A stretch of DNA of 64,000 nucleotides from Gemmatimonadota bacterium (GTDB taxonomy: Bacteria > Gemmatimonadota > Gemmatimonadetes > Gemmatimonadales > GWC2-71-9). Under the pieces are notes generated by a model. That model had not been told where the DNA came from. It ran no database searches and worked only from the letters and a program-made list of their open reading frames with translations. Positions 36,983-47,570 of the stretch are shown piece by piece. The DNA is taken from positions 8,128 through 72,127 of the forward strand of contig JBDHKN010000029.1 in the NCBI GenBank assembly GCA_039586365.1, read 5' to 3'. A program made the position numbers and the translations under genes. Numbering within the stretch: the stretch's first letter is position 1; the number at the start of each line of letters is the position of its first letter.

Positions 36983-37783
36983 ATGGCAATCATAACCATA
37001 TCCCGGGGGATATACACCGGTGGCGAAGCTTTGGCGGAATGCCTCAGCAATGAACTGGGCTACCGCTTGGTATCCCGAGAGGACTTGCTGACCGACGTTG
37101 CTGCGGAGTACGGCGCATCTAAGGAACAGTTGGAGTCAGCTCTCATGCACAAGCCAGGGTTTTTGGAGGGCCGTGGCCTCAGGCGATTGCACTACATCTA
37201 CTGTGTGCAGGCTGGGATCGCCAGTGTAATCCAGAGTGACAACGTGGTGTATCACGGACAGGCGGGACATGTGCTGCTCAAAGGTATCGCCCACCACCTG
37301 AGAGTCAGGGTAGTGGCGGCTATGGAGCATCGCATCAACGCTGCCATGGAGCGGTGCGACCTGACGCGGGAGAAGGCGCGAGAATACCTAAAGGAGTTGG
37401 ATGGCCAGCGGGACAACTGGATGAGATGGGTCCATGGTATCGACACCAGTGATCCGGCGCTGTTTGACCTTGTGATCAATCTGGAACGCATCACGATCGC
37501 GGGTGCCTGCGCGCTTGTCGCTCGAACCGCCACCGATCATTTCCAGAGAACCGCGGAGGCTCAGAAAGCTGTGGACGATCTGGTTCTCACCAGTGCGATT
37601 AGGGCCAGGATCGGTCAAGACCCGAGTATCTCGGACGACAGAGTTGACATCGATGCCAAAGACGGAGTGGTCACGATCACGGCTAAGGCGCGCGCTTTGG
37701 CCGAAGTCGATAGAGTCCGGGACGTCGTGCAAGCGATTCCCGGTGTGAAGGAAGTTCACTCGAAGATAGGGCCTGGCTCCTAG
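36983..37783 (+). CDS. cytidylate-kinase-like family protein with C-terminal BON domain
   Basis: MAIITISRGIYTGG, NVVYHG, FDLVIN, DGVVTIT...IPGVKEV; GGAGG RBS. Confidence 0.85.
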   Translation: MAIITISRGIYTGGEALAECLSNELGYRLVSREDLLTDVAAEYGASKEQLESALMHKPGFLEGRGLRRLHYIYCVQAGIASVIQSDNVVYHGQAGHVLLKGIAHHLRVRVVAAMEHRINAAMERCDLTREKAREYLKELDGQRDNWMRWVHGIDTSDPALFDLVINLERITIAGACALVARTATDHFQRTAEAQKAVDDLVLTSAIRARIGQDPSISDDRVDIDAKDGVVTITAKARALAEVDRVRDVVQAIPGVKEVHSKIGPGS

Positions 37784-37823
37784 ATCATTCTGCAGGCACA
37801 CGCAGGGAGTGTGGAGAATCTCT

Positions 37824-37856
37824 CCCGACGTCGCTCGGCGTCGGGGTTTCGGTTTT
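37824..37856 (+). terminator. possible intrinsic terminator
   Basis: CCCGACG/CGTCGGG stem followed by GTTTCGGTTTT. Confidence 0.35.
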
Positions 37857-37979
37857 CACTGGGCGTCCCATCAACTAGTTTTGCTGACAACCTTAGATAT
37901 CAATAATGAGGGTGATTGCGGGCCCACGGTCCCGCTGAGCTCATCACACCTGGATCCTCTCAGCTAGGAAAGGATCACC

Positions 37980-40900
37980 ATGTTCCCCACGGCTGTCATT
38001 ACGAGATGCTATTCCTGCTGCGCCGCATTGCTGATGCTCGGGTTCATGACGCAGGCTGCAGCAGCCGATCCCATCAGATTCATGCGTGACCCCCACGTCG
38101 CGAACGGCATGATCACGTTTTCCTACTATGGTGACATCTGGATTGCCAATGTCGACGGTACCGGTGCCCGTCGCCTCACCAGCAATATCGCGCGTGACAT
38201 AGCGCCACGGTTTTCCCCTGATGGGGAGTGGGTTGCGTTTTCCAGCAACCGGTTCGGCAACAACGACGTGTTCTTGATTCCCGTGTCAGGTGGTGAGCCC
38301 AGCCAGCTGACCTTCCATAGCGGCAACGACGTGGTCGCTGGTTGGACGCCGGATGGTCAGCACGTGATGTTCACCACCACCCGAGGAACGCATCCTTTCT
38401 ATTCACCCATGTATACCGTCGCTCGATCGGGGGGCATTCCTGTGCCGATGGAGATGGACCAGGCACAGAACGCCATGATCAAGCAGGACGGAACGATGGT
38501 GGCGTTCAACCGAAAACCCCTCAGCACGACTAGAAAGGAGTACAAGGGGAATCGTACCACGAACGTTTTCGTTCAGGATCTCCGAACCAAAGCGATTACG
38601 CAGCTCACCGACACCGACATCACCGAGTTCCGCAACCACACCAACGACGCGATCCCGATGTGGGGTGTCGATGGGATGGTCTACTTCGTCTCGGAACGGG
38701 ACGGAATCTTCAATATCTGGAAGATCAACTCAGACGGCGGTGCACCGGTTCAGGTCACCCGTCACCGTGAAGGTGGGGTGAAATACCCGTCCATCAGTCC
38801 GGACGGACGGACGATCATCTACACCAACGATCACGAGCTCTGGACGCTCGAGGTGCCCGACGGTCAGCCCCGGAGCGTTGCCGTGGATCTCAGTTTCGAT
38901 CCCACCACCAATCTCATCGAGTGGGTTGAGGCTGAAGGCCGCGCGGAAGGTATGCGTCCGTCTCCCACAGGTGACTTCCTGGCGGTGGACTACAGAGGGG
39001 AAATCTTCATCGTGCCCACGGATGGCGAAGTGGGTGAGAAGACTCAGGTGACGAGGTCGCCGTGGAGGGACCGCTACCAGAGCTACTCCCCGGACGGCAG
39101 TCGGTTGGCGTACGTCTCGGACGAGTCCGGCCAGGAAGAACTGTGGCTGTACAGTCTGGCAGATGGCTCGCGGAGGAAGCTCTCGACCCACGAATCCCAG
39201 AAGACTGAGAACTACGTGTGGTCGCCGGATGGGAGCCGCATCGCTTTCGTGGCCGCCAATCGGCTGTTCGAGGTGGACGTCGAAAGTGGGCGCACGACGG
39301 AGCTGGGCTACAATCAGGAGCGTGGCTACAACTTGTCGCAATACTCGCCCGACGGCGGTTGGCTCTTGTACGACCGCCGTGACGAGGACCTCGGCTGGCA
39401 GGTCTACCTCTTGGAAGTCTCCAGTCGCCAGGAACACGACCTCACGCAGCACCCATTCCGCAACTACAGTGGCAGGCTCACGCCCGACGGCAAGACACTT
39501 GTCTTCCTCTCCAGCCGTGACAACGGCACCAATCACCTCTTCACTGTTTCTCTTACGCGGCACTCAGAGGATCCGGACGATCCCCTGGTGAAAGCTCGCA
39601 GACGGCAGACCGAGGACGAGGACGAAGAGCAGCGCCAGGAGATGGCGGTCGATGTGGCGGGCATTGACAAGCGTGCGGTTCAGCTCACGCGGGGCGACAC
39701 CGCCGTTGGCAGCTACTTCTTGTCTGCCGACGGAGAGACCGTCTACTTCACGAGTCGGGACGAGGACGGCCCCGCGCTCTTCTCCATCGGAATCGACGGC
39801 AAGGATCGCAAGAAGGTGAGCGACGGTGAGTTCAACCGTATCGTCCCTGCTAAGGACGGCAAGACCGCGTTCTTCTTCCAAAGACCCGAAGGCACGTCAT
39901 TCGAGGTGCACAAGGTCGAGCTTCCCTCCGGCAAGAAGGAGCGAGTCTCGTTCTCGTTCAGCGTGCAGGTGGACCACCGGGCTGAATGGGAGCAGATCTT
40001 CGAGGAGAGCTGGCGAGTCATGAAGTTCCGGTTCTACGACGAGAACATGCACGGCAAGGACTGGGACGCGATCAAGGCGGGGTACAAGTCCCTGCTGACG
40101 CATATCGGTACATATGAAGACGTCTACGATCTCTCCAATCAGATGATCGGGGAACTGAACGCCTCGCACGTTGGCGTGCGCGGGCCACCGAGCAACCCCA
40201 TGGAGAGTGGGTATGAGACGCGTTTCCTCGGTGTGGAGTTGGAACCCGCCGACGGGCGCTACCGGGTGACGCACGTCTATCGCGATGGACCGGCCGACAA
40301 GGAGTGGCTCGACATAGCAGTGGGCGACTACGTACTGGGCATCGACGGGCAAGAGATTCGGGCGGGCGACAACTACTGGGGAATCCTCAATCACGCGCTC
40401 AACGAGTACGTGGCCGTTCGAGTCGCTGACTCGCCGGACGGGGGAGCAAGCCGCGAACTGCGGATCAAGACTGTGACCTCGTTGCGCGATACCCAGTACG
40501 AGGAGTGGGTGGCGCAGAACCGCGAATACGTTGAGCAAGTGTCCGGCGGCAAGATTGCTTACGTGCACATCAGGTCGATGAACCAGCCGTCACTCAGGCG
40601 GTTCGAGAACGAGATCGACGAGTACTGGAACGCGCAAGGAATCGTGGTCGACATCCGGTACAATGGGGGAGGGAACATAGATCAGCAGATCCTCGATATC
40701 CTGGAGCGGCGCCCTTACGAGTATTGGAACAACCGCTGGGCTTCGAGGCCCTCAGGTCGACGGCCGCGCCAGGCTATCGCTGGGCCGAAAGTGATGCTGA
40801 TCAACTGGCGGTCCGCGTCAGACAGTGAAGTGACACCGTTGGGTTTTCGCGACTTGGGTCTCGGTCGAATCGTGGGCAATCCCACGGCCGCGGCGGTCAT

Positions 40901-41165
40901 CGCCACGGGTAGCTACCGCCTGATCAATGGTGGGACGATCCGCACACCCGGGTCACTCGTGGTGTCGTACGACCCCACCAAACCCAACAACTATGGGATC
41001 AATCTGGAGAACTATGGTGTGGCCCCGGATGTCTGGGCCGTCAACACTCCGGAGGACGAGCTGAACGGTTTCGATCGAGAACTCAAGGCCGCTGTTGACG
41101 AAGCGCTCCGCATGCTCAGTGAGGGGAGGTGGCAGTTCACGCCAAACGGCAACGAAGGTAGATGA
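37980..41165 (+). CDS. tricorn-like S41 protease
   Basis: signal peptide, WD40/PD40 propellers, GELNASH, PDZ, DIRYNGGG, SASDSE. Confidence 0.93.
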   Translation: MFPTAVITRCYSCCAALLMLGFMTQAAAADPIRFMRDPHVANGMITFSYYGDIWIANVDGTGARRLTSNIARDIAPRFSPDGEWVAFSSNRFGNNDVFLIPVSGGEPSQLTFHSGNDVVAGWTPDGQHVMFTTTRGTHPFYSPMYTVARSGGIPVPMEMDQAQNAMIKQDGTMVAFNRKPLSTTRKEYKGNRTTNVFVQDLRTKAITQLTDTDITEFRNHTNDAIPMWGVDGMVYFVSERDGIFNIWKINSDGGAPVQVTRHREGGVKYPSISPDGRTIIYTNDHELWTLEVPDGQPRSVAVDLSFDPTTNLIEWVEAEGRAEGMRPSPTGDFLAVDYRGEIFIVPTDGEVGEKTQVTRSPWRDRYQSYSPDGSRLAYVSDESGQEELWLYSLADGSRRKLSTHESQKTENYVWSPDGSRIAFVAANRLFEVDVESGRTTELGYNQERGYNLSQYSPDGGWLLYDRRDEDLGWQVYLLEVSSRQEHDLTQHPFRNYSGRLTPDGKTLVFLSSRDNGTNHLFTVSLTRHSEDPDDPLVKARRRQTEDEDEEQRQEMAVDVAGIDKRAVQLTRGDTAVGSYFLSADGETVYFTSRDEDGPALFSIGIDGKDRKKVSDGEFNRIVPAKDGKTAFFFQRPEGTSFEVHKVELPSGKKERVSFSFSVQVDHRAEWEQIFEESWRVMKFRFYDENMHGKDWDAIKAGYKSLLTHIGTYEDVYDLSNQMIGELNASHVGVRGPPSNPMESGYETRFLGVELEPADGRYRVTHVYRDGPADKEWLDIAVGDYVLGIDGQEIRAGDNYWGILNHALNEYVAVRVADSPDGGASRELRIKTVTSLRDTQYEEWVAQNREYVEQVSGGKIAYVHIRSMNQPSLRRFENEIDEYWNAQGIVVDIRYNGGGNIDQQILDILERRPYEYWNNRWASRPSGRRPRQAIAGPKVMLINWRSASDSEVTPLGFRDLGLGRIVGNPTAAAVIATGSYRLINGGTIRTPGSLVVSYDPTKPNNYGINLENYGVAPDVWAVNTPEDELNGFDRELKAAVDEALRMLSEGRWQFTPNGNEGR

Positions 41166-41199
41166 TAGCTGATCGCTGGTAGCTGTCAGCTGCCCTCCC

Positions 41200-42510
41200 T
41201 CACTCCTGATCCAGCTGGAGAACGGTCTGGAGCAGCACGTTGGCGCCGTTCACAACGTCCTCCGGCTTGGTATGCTCCAGCGGTGAGTGGCTGATTCCGT
41301 TCACGGACGGCACGAAGATCATGCCCATAGGTCCGATCTGAGCCAATACCTGGGCGTCATGCCCGGCACCACTCGGCATCGAGCGAGTCGACAGATCGAG
41401 GCTCGCCGCCGCCCGGGCGATTTCCCGTCGGATCCTGGGATCGCTGAGGGCCGGGTGCCCTTCAGCCACCAGTTCGTGACTCAACTTGGTGTCGTGTCGT
41501 CCCGCGATCTGCTCGGCCTCGGCAGCGATCCGGTCCCATAGGAGGTCGGGCTTCTCGTTCGACAAGTCGCGCAACTCCACGGTGAGTGTCACTCGGCCGG
41601 GTACCACGTTTGGTGCGTTGGGCTCGACATTGATCCGGCCCACCGTCCCTACGTGCCGCCCCGGTTCGGACCGCACGAGGCGATTCACCGCCAGCACGAT
41701 CTCAGAGGCCGTGAGCATGGCATCCTGCCGTTGATCCATTGGTGTCGTGCCGGCGTGGTTGGGGAATCCCTCGATTGCGACGTCGTAATGCCAGATACCC
41801 ACGATCCCCTCGACTATGCCGATCGGAGTACCGGCCTGGTCCAGCACGCCACCCTGCTCTACATGAAGCTCGAGGTACGCAGCGATGTCTCCCGGTTCAT
41901 GCGCGGTCTCCTCCAGGCGGCCGGGGTCTCCTCCGATTCGCTCGATGCCCGCGGCCACTGTCATGCCGTTCGATCGTTGCCTCGCGAGGTCTCGAGGTGT
42001 CAGGGCTCCCGCGAAGCCAAGACTCCCGGTTAGTCCGCTCTCCTCGTCACACCAGATCACAGCCTCCAGCGGATGGCGGTTTCGATATCCATTCTGCTCC
42101 AGAGTCTGCACGGCCTCGATCGCAGCCAACGAGCCCAGACAACCGTCATACTTGCCGCCGTTGGGAACGGTATCGATATGGGAGCCAAACATTATCGGGG
42201 GAGCATCCGGGATGTGGCCAGCACGCCGACCAATGATGTTCCCCACCGTGTCTATCCGCACGTCCAACCCTGCGTCCCGCATTAGTCCCGTGCAGAACCG
42301 CCGGGCCTCCACGTCGGCCTCAGAAAACGCCAGCCGCCTCACGCCGCCTTCCGGGGTGCGCCCGAACTGAGCGAGGTCTTGGAGCCGTTGCTGCAGCCTA
42401 TCCCCGTTCACACGCCAGCGCTGCCACGTAGGTGCACCCTGGATGCGGAGCGCCAGCGTCCCGATTGTTGCGGTTGTGGCGGAGAGAAAGGTACGTCTGT
42501 TCATGGTCAT
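41200..42510 (-). CDS. M20 Zn-dependent hydrolase (hydantoinase/carbamoylase family), Tat signal
   Basis: NRRTFL; GSHIDTV, DEE, ELHVEQG, NHAGTTPM, SGAGHDA. Confidence 0.93.
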   Translation of the reverse strand: MTMNRRTFLSATTATIGTLALRIQGAPTWQRWRVNGDRLQQRLQDLAQFGRTPEGGVRRLAFSEADVEARRFCTGLMRDAGLDVRIDTVGNIIGRRAGHIPDAPPIMFGSHIDTVPNGGKYDGCLGSLAAIEAVQTLEQNGYRNRHPLEAVIWCDEESGLTGSLGFAGALTPRDLARQRSNGMTVAAGIERIGGDPGRLEETAHEPGDIAAYLELHVEQGGVLDQAGTPIGIVEGIVGIWHYDVAIEGFPNHAGTTPMDQRQDAMLTASEIVLAVNRLVRSEPGRHVGTVGRINVEPNAPNVVPGRVTLTVELRDLSNEKPDLLWDRIAAEAEQIAGRHDTKLSHELVAEGHPALSDPRIRREIARAAASLDLSTRSMPSGAGHDAQVLAQIGPMGMIFVPSVNGISHSPLEHTKPEDVVNGANVLLQTVLQLDQE

Positions 42511-42834
42511 GCTGACCTCGATCTGACTGGGTGTTGCACCCGCTCGCGTTGTGCTCGGTTCGGACGCTCGTCAAGCTGTCCAGCGCCCGGTCTCTCGAAG
42601 GCTCCGTCCATGCTTGAGGTCTAAGCTATGGACGGCCATGAGGTGCTGCCAGGGCTCCTCAGGCGCAGACAACTGTATGTCGACTCTTTGAACGTGGCTG
42701 GGTGCAACAGTCGGGGCCGAGTTCGGTTGACGTGTTATTGACGCGACCTGTTGATCTTCGTTCAGCCACGAGTAGTATGGAAGCGACGCGGGCGGCCCTG
42801 CCGTGCTGCGGCGCATTGGAGGGGATCTTTGGGC

Positions 42835-43611
42835 ATGTTCCAGCTGGCGAAGTGGTACCTCGACTGCGTTACCGATGCGGGAGATGCTGCGGTTCTCTAT
42901 TGGGCATGTCTTCGCTGGGGGATGGTCCGTCTCCACTATGGGGCCGCGCTAATCCGGCCCCGAGACGGTGATCCGGTTGATCGCTACACGCTGCGACCGG
43001 GTTCGCAGCCGGAAGTGGGAGAAGCTGGCGAGCTTCAATGGGAATGCGAGCGACTGGATGTGGCTGGAATCTGGCTGCGGCAAGCGAGCGGAGTTGAGCG
43101 GACCTTGATAGACGGGTCGCAGGGGTCCGTCCAGTGGCACTGTGTGACTCCTCGGGCTGACGCAACCGTCCGCAGTGGTGGCCGCACGCTGCGCGGGACT
43201 GGGTACGTCGAACACCTAACGATGACGCTGAAACCCTGGCGCCTTCCTTTCAACGAGCTGCGGTGGGGTCGGTTCATCTCCCCGTCGCACGTGTTGGTGT
43301 GGATAGATTGGCGTGGCTCCGTACCCGGTACCTGGGTGTTTGCCAACGACGTTGAGCGACGGCGCGCCACGATAGCTCAGAACTCGGTGGAGCTGCCTGA
43401 CGACGGACTGGCGCTCGCGTTCGATGACGGGCGGGTGCTGCGTTCGGGCCCGCTGGCAGACACAGCGCTCCACTCGCTACGTGCCGTGGTCGCGCTGCTG
43501 CCGCGCTGGCGGGATGCGCGCGAGACCAAGTGGCTCAGTCGGGGAACACTCACCGATCCGAACGTCACCAGTGCTGGATGGGTCGTCCACGAGGTCGTAC
43601 GATGGCGGTGA
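42835..43611 (+). CDS. hypothetical Trp-rich beta protein (CrtC/AttH lipocalin-like?)
   Basis: KWYLDCV, GTGYVEHL, LRWGRF; translationally coupled to the next gene. Confidence 0.6.
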   Translation: MFQLAKWYLDCVTDAGDAAVLYWACLRWGMVRLHYGAALIRPRDGDPVDRYTLRPGSQPEVGEAGELQWECERLDVAGIWLRQASGVERTLIDGSQGSVQWHCVTPRADATVRSGGRTLRGTGYVEHLTMTLKPWRLPFNELRWGRFISPSHVLVWIDWRGSVPGTWVFANDVERRRATIAQNSVELPDDGLALAFDDGRVLRSGPLADTALHSLRAVVALLPRWRDARETKWLSRGTLTDPNVTSAGWVVHEVVRWR

Positions 43612-45551
43612 GCGCAACGGACGGTACGTGGGGAAAGTTGGCCTACGGGATTGTCTTCGTAATCGTGATCCCGGTGCTACTCGTTTTGTGGGTAGTGGCC
43701 AGCACCGCCGTCGTCCCGCTGCCCACGGTTCCCTATCCTTGGGCCGGCTACGTCTTGATTGGTGTCGGGCTGCTGCTCGTGGTTGTGGGAATGGGATCGT
43801 TGTGGGTGTACGGTCGCGGATTGCCAATGAGCCCTTACCCGCCGCCGGTGTATGTGGCTCGGGGCATCTACCGTCTCACCGCACATCCGATCTACTTGGG
43901 ATTCGTACTGCTCTGCTTCGGTGTCTCCATGGCAACCGAGTCGCCCAGTGGACTGTGGCTCGTGTCCCCAGCCGTGGCACTGGCCTGCGTTGCGCTGGTC
44001 CTGGGCTTTGAACGTCACGAGATTCGCCGCCGTTTCGGAGCGGGCGTCGTTCAAAAGCCCCTGGTTACTCTGCCGGCACGATCGACAGAAGCACCGAGTA
44101 GATGGGATCGCTGGTCCGTATTCTTGCTCGTGCTGGTACCCTGGTCGGTCGCATTCGAAGCGGTATATCGGCTGGGGATACCGCAGGACGCGATTGAAGC
44201 GTACCTGCCGTTTGAGCGTGGCTGGCCGGTGATCGAAGTGACCGAATTGGTCTACGGCAGTGTGTACGTGCTGGTACCTACTGCACTGTTCGTCGTTCGC
44301 ACCAAGGCAGCGCTGCGGCACCTGGCAGTGACGGGCTTGATTGCCACCGGTGTCGTCACGCTGGTCTACCTCACAGTGCCGATCGTTGCTCCCCCGCGGC
44401 CTTTCGAGCCGCAGACGCTGCTTGGTCGCGTGTTGTTGTTCGAGCGTGCTATGTCCCACACCGTAGCCGCGTTTCCTGCGTTTCACGTGATCTGGAGCTT
44501 CATCGCAGCAGAGGCGTGGGGCAGCCGATCCAGACGCAGCGGGGTGGTTGCGTGGACCTGGGCAACTCTGATTGCGGTGAGTTGTCTCACTACCGGCATG
44601 CACGCTTTGGTAGATGTAGTCGCTGCCACGTTGGCCTTCGTGGTGTTGCGCCGCTATGGCACCATTTGGCAGCTGTTGCGCGGTTGTGCCGAGCGGGCTG
44701 CAAACTCATGGCACGAATGGCGTGTGGGTGGCTTGCGGCTAATCAATCACGGGGCGTATGCGGCGCTCGGTGGGTTTGTCGGGTTGTTTATCGCCGCGGC
44801 CGTTGCTGGGCCGGCTGCATTCTGGCAGCTGGTCTTCGCCCACTTTGCCGGTTTGATCGGAGCTGGGTTATGGGCACAGACATTGGAGGGATCGTCTAAG
44901 CTCTCGCGACCATTCGGCTACTACGGAAGTGTGTTGGGTGGGACGGTCGCTGCGATCGGGGTGGGAGCGGTGGGCGGCAACACAATGCTGCTGCTCGCCG
45001 CAATCGCTCTAGCAGCGCCGTGGATGCAGGCGGTCGGCAGGGCGAGATGCCTCGTACAGGGATGTTGCCACGGGAGTGAGGCGGAGGAGGACGTTGGTAT
45101 CCGCTACCTGCACCCGCGGTCCAGAGTCTGTGAGCTTGCCGGCCTTCAGGACGTGCCGCTCCATCCAACGCCGCTGTACTCGATGCTGGCCAACGTAGTG
45201 ACCGGTGTATTCCTGTTGCGTCTTTGGTCGCTCGGTGCCGATTTCAGCGTCGTTGCGGGTGCCTACCTGATGCTTGCCGGCGTCGCCCGCTTCGTGGAGG
45301 AATCGTACCGCGGTGAGCCGCAGACACCCGTGCTTGGGGGATTGAGGATCTACCAGTGGTTTGCGATTCTCTCCTTCGTGCTGGGTGCGACGGTAACGAC
45401 AATACCGTCGGGTGCGGCGCCTGGGCTGGCGCTCTGGCTTGATATCAAGGTCATTTACGGTGCGACGCTATTTGGGATGGCTGCAGGAATTGCCATGGGT
45501 GTCGACTTCCCGCGATCTGCGCGGCGCTTCGCGAGGTTGGCGCAGCCGTAA
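43602..45551 (+). CDS. PEMT/ICMT methyltransferase - PAP2 - Lgt-like triple fusion membrane protein
   Basis: GIYRLTAHPIYLG; FPAFH...GMHALVDV; GYYG, GRARCLVQGCCHG, HPTPLY, RFVEE. Confidence 0.8.
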   Translation: MAVSATDGTWGKLAYGIVFVIVIPVLLVLWVVASTAVVPLPTVPYPWAGYVLIGVGLLLVVVGMGSLWVYGRGLPMSPYPPPVYVARGIYRLTAHPIYLGFVLLCFGVSMATESPSGLWLVSPAVALACVALVLGFERHEIRRRFGAGVVQKPLVTLPARSTEAPSRWDRWSVFLLVLVPWSVAFEAVYRLGIPQDAIEAYLPFERGWPVIEVTELVYGSVYVLVPTALFVVRTKAALRHLAVTGLIATGVVTLVYLTVPIVAPPRPFEPQTLLGRVLLFERAMSHTVAAFPAFHVIWSFIAAEAWGSRSRRSGVVAWTWATLIAVSCLTTGMHALVDVVAATLAFVVLRRYGTIWQLLRGCAERAANSWHEWRVGGLRLINHGAYAALGGFVGLFIAAAVAGPAAFWQLVFAHFAGLIGAGLWAQTLEGSSKLSRPFGYYGSVLGGTVAAIGVGAVGGNTMLLLAAIALAAPWMQAVGRARCLVQGCCHGSEAEEDVGIRYLHPRSRVCELAGLQDVPLHPTPLYSMLANVVTGVFLLRLWSLGADFSVVAGAYLMLAGVARFVEESYRGEPQTPVLGGLRIYQWFAILSFVLGATVTTIPSGAAPGLALWLDIKVIYGATLFGMAAGIAMGVDFPRSARRFARLAQP

Positions 45552-45731
45552 CAAGACGTCGCGAGTAGCATGTTCGGATCCCGGGGCGAGCTTGCAGTGG
45601 ATCTGACCCGGTCCAAACGCCCGCCGGCCACTGCGGAACGCTCACTGCTGCCTGCAGGTGGCTGACAGCCACCTGGCTCAAGTGTGCCGCGTGACCAATA
45701 TTGTCTGTGCACTCTGGCTCTGGGGTACCCA

Positions 45732-45947
45732 ATGAACGACGCACAAGCCATAGCCCTCATGGCGATCGAGCTCATCTCGGATGAGTCGACCGAAGGCGAG
45801 GTCAAAGAGGCGCTGAAAAAGGCGGCCAACATATTGGAATTGGCGGCTGAAGAAGTCTGGGAACGGCAAGAGACAAGCCGCGAAGACCCCCACGTCGTGT
45901 CACCCAGCGGTCGGAAGAGGCCTTCCTATTGGAACACCCCTGGCTAG
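45732..45947 (+). CDS. small acidic hypothetical protein
   Basis: 71-aa helical-looking ORF filling an intergenic gap. Confidence 0.4.
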   Translation: MNDAQAIALMAIELISDESTEGEVKEALKKAANILELAAEEVWERQETSREDPHVVSPSGRKRPSYWNTPG

Positions 45948-46033
45948 AGACCACTATGGGCATGTCGCGCAAGAGTGTGCATTCGATCGGACGACATCAT
46001 AGATTACATATGCGAATGCGCCAGGGGGTTCAT

Positions 46034-46282
46034 ATGCGTAGGCTGCGGTTGCCGCTCGTGGCACTTGCCTGCATCGTCCTCAGCGGGTGCGCCTTACAAG
46101 GGGTCGGATGGGGTCCGCCTCCCTATGCCGCGTATGAAGAGGGAGCAATCGGGCACACGATGGTCTGCAATGGTATGGGCAGCCACAGTCGGTGGGCGCT
46201 CGGCTGGTGCACCAACGGCTTGCCGACCACGTGGCGACGGACAGACGTACCAGCCAAGCTGAGAGTGTGGGTTCGGCGGTAA
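46034..46282 (+). CDS. small lipoprotein
   Basis: MRRLRLPLVALACIVLSGC lipobox with purine-rich RBS. Confidence 0.55.
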   Translation: MRRLRLPLVALACIVLSGCALQGVGWGPPPYAAYEEGAIGHTMVCNGMGSHSRWALGWCTNGLPTTWRRTDVPAKLRVWVRR

Positions 46283-46379
46283 GTAGTAACAAGTGAGCAG
46301 GGTGCCGTGAGCGTGGAGCGGCGAGCTGGCAGCTGACGGCTTGCAGCTGCCGACTCGCTGCCAAGCACGCAACGCGCTC

Positions 46380-46850
46380 TTACTGTCCGGGTAGCGGCAG
46401 GTCAGAATTGAAGATGTCAACTGCGATCTTCCAGGAGCCGTCAGCTTGGCGGCGTCGCACCTCGACATACTTTCCTTGGTCGGTCATGGCATCGGCACCT
46501 TCCGGCTGTACAGTCATGGAGTAGATGCCGCGCACCACGGCCATGTCACCGTAGCCCTCGATCCACTCGAGGTTCGCACTGAACTGCACTATCGGCGGGA
46601 ATGTTTCCCCCCAAGCCAAGTAAGCGGCCCGCCCTTGGATCGTGGGTTCGTTGGCCGGCATAACCACACAATCCTCTGTGTAGAGGTCAGCCAGGGCCGC
46701 CCAATCGTTCTGTTGGGCGTGTTGCACAAATTGCTGGGTCAGGGCTCGGTTGGCAGCGACGTCTTCCTCAGACAGTGGACCGACGCCTCCCTGGCAGGCA
46801 ACCGCCGTGACGAGTGCAAAGAGAATAGGGAACACAAGGTGTGACCGCAT
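46380..46850 (-). CDS. SnoaL/DUF4440 NTF2-like lipoprotein
   Basis: AVAC lipobox; LYTED, GKYVEVRRRQADGSWKIAVDIFNSD. Confidence 0.88.
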   Translation of the reverse strand: MRSHLVFPILFALVTAVACQGGVGPLSEEDVAANRALTQQFVQHAQQNDWAALADLYTEDCVVMPANEPTIQGRAAYLAWGETFPPIVQFSANLEWIEGYGDMAVVRGIYSMTVQPEGADAMTDQGKYVEVRRRQADGSWKIAVDIFNSDLPLPGQ

Positions 46851-47086
46851 TGCAGATTCCTCCCTGGTTTGTGAGGTGCCGAGTTCGGTGGCCGAGAAAA
46901 TACCGCCGGGAGGGAGGGCGTCAATGGCACGCCGCTTTCGTCACGGTATCACGTAGAGCAGCGTTGCAAAGAAGTGAGAGACTGAGCCGGCTAGAACGGA
47001 GACCAGGGAGGAGCGTGGCGTCACGGCCGGAAAGCTAACCCCCAACCTTGACGGCCGCGGTACGGACCTGCATTTTGAGGCCGTAC

Positions 47087-47120
47087 GATCATATAGGATC
47101 AAAAACGATATTATATGATC
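47087..47120. promoter_or_regulatory. inverted repeat, candidate operator
   Basis: GATCATATA-N16-TATATGATC in an AT-rich patch upstream of ORF 47155. Confidence 0.55.
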
Positions 47121-47154
47121 TTGAATCCGTCGATCGGTTAGACGGAGGTGCCCC

Positions 47155-47415
47155 GTGGTCGAAGATGCAGACATCCGCTACATCCCACCGGCCGATGTAG
47201 AGGAGGCGTCGCAAAGCTGGAAGGTGCAACCAGTGGTGGATGCGTACACCCACTGGGTGCTGGGGCGTCTCGTGGGCATCATGGGCCGTAGCGTACCCGA
47301 CGTGGCCTATTTCATACTGCGTGATTGGATACAATCCCACCAAGAAGAACTCGAACACCTTGGCATCGGTGTGCAGGTCAGGCAGGGACGCTTGATCGTA
47401 CAGCGGCACGACTAG
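47155..47415 (+). CDS. small protein, possible ribbon-helix-helix DNA binder
   Basis: GGAGG RBS; KVQPVVDAYTHWVLGRLVGIMGRSVPDVAYFILRDWI fits a strand-helix-turn(G-x-S)-helix pattern. Confidence 0.55.
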   Translation: MVEDADIRYIPPADVEEASQSWKVQPVVDAYTHWVLGRLVGIMGRSVPDVAYFILRDWIQSHQEELEHLGIGVQVRQGRLIVQRHD

Positions 47416-47570
47416 TCGCAGCCACAGGCCGAGAGCGGGGAGCCGAGAGCTGAGAGCCGAGAGTAGAGAGCTGCGCGCTGGTCGCTGACATAACAACGAC
47501 CTCCCCGCCCCTGGTCCCCGGGTTCATATTCCCCACTTATATGCGACGTCGATACCCCAAAGGAGGGGAC

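Noticed and set aside
46925..46940. sigma54 promoter TGGCAC-N5-TTTC
   Set aside because: Mismatch at the conserved -12 GC; insufficient support.
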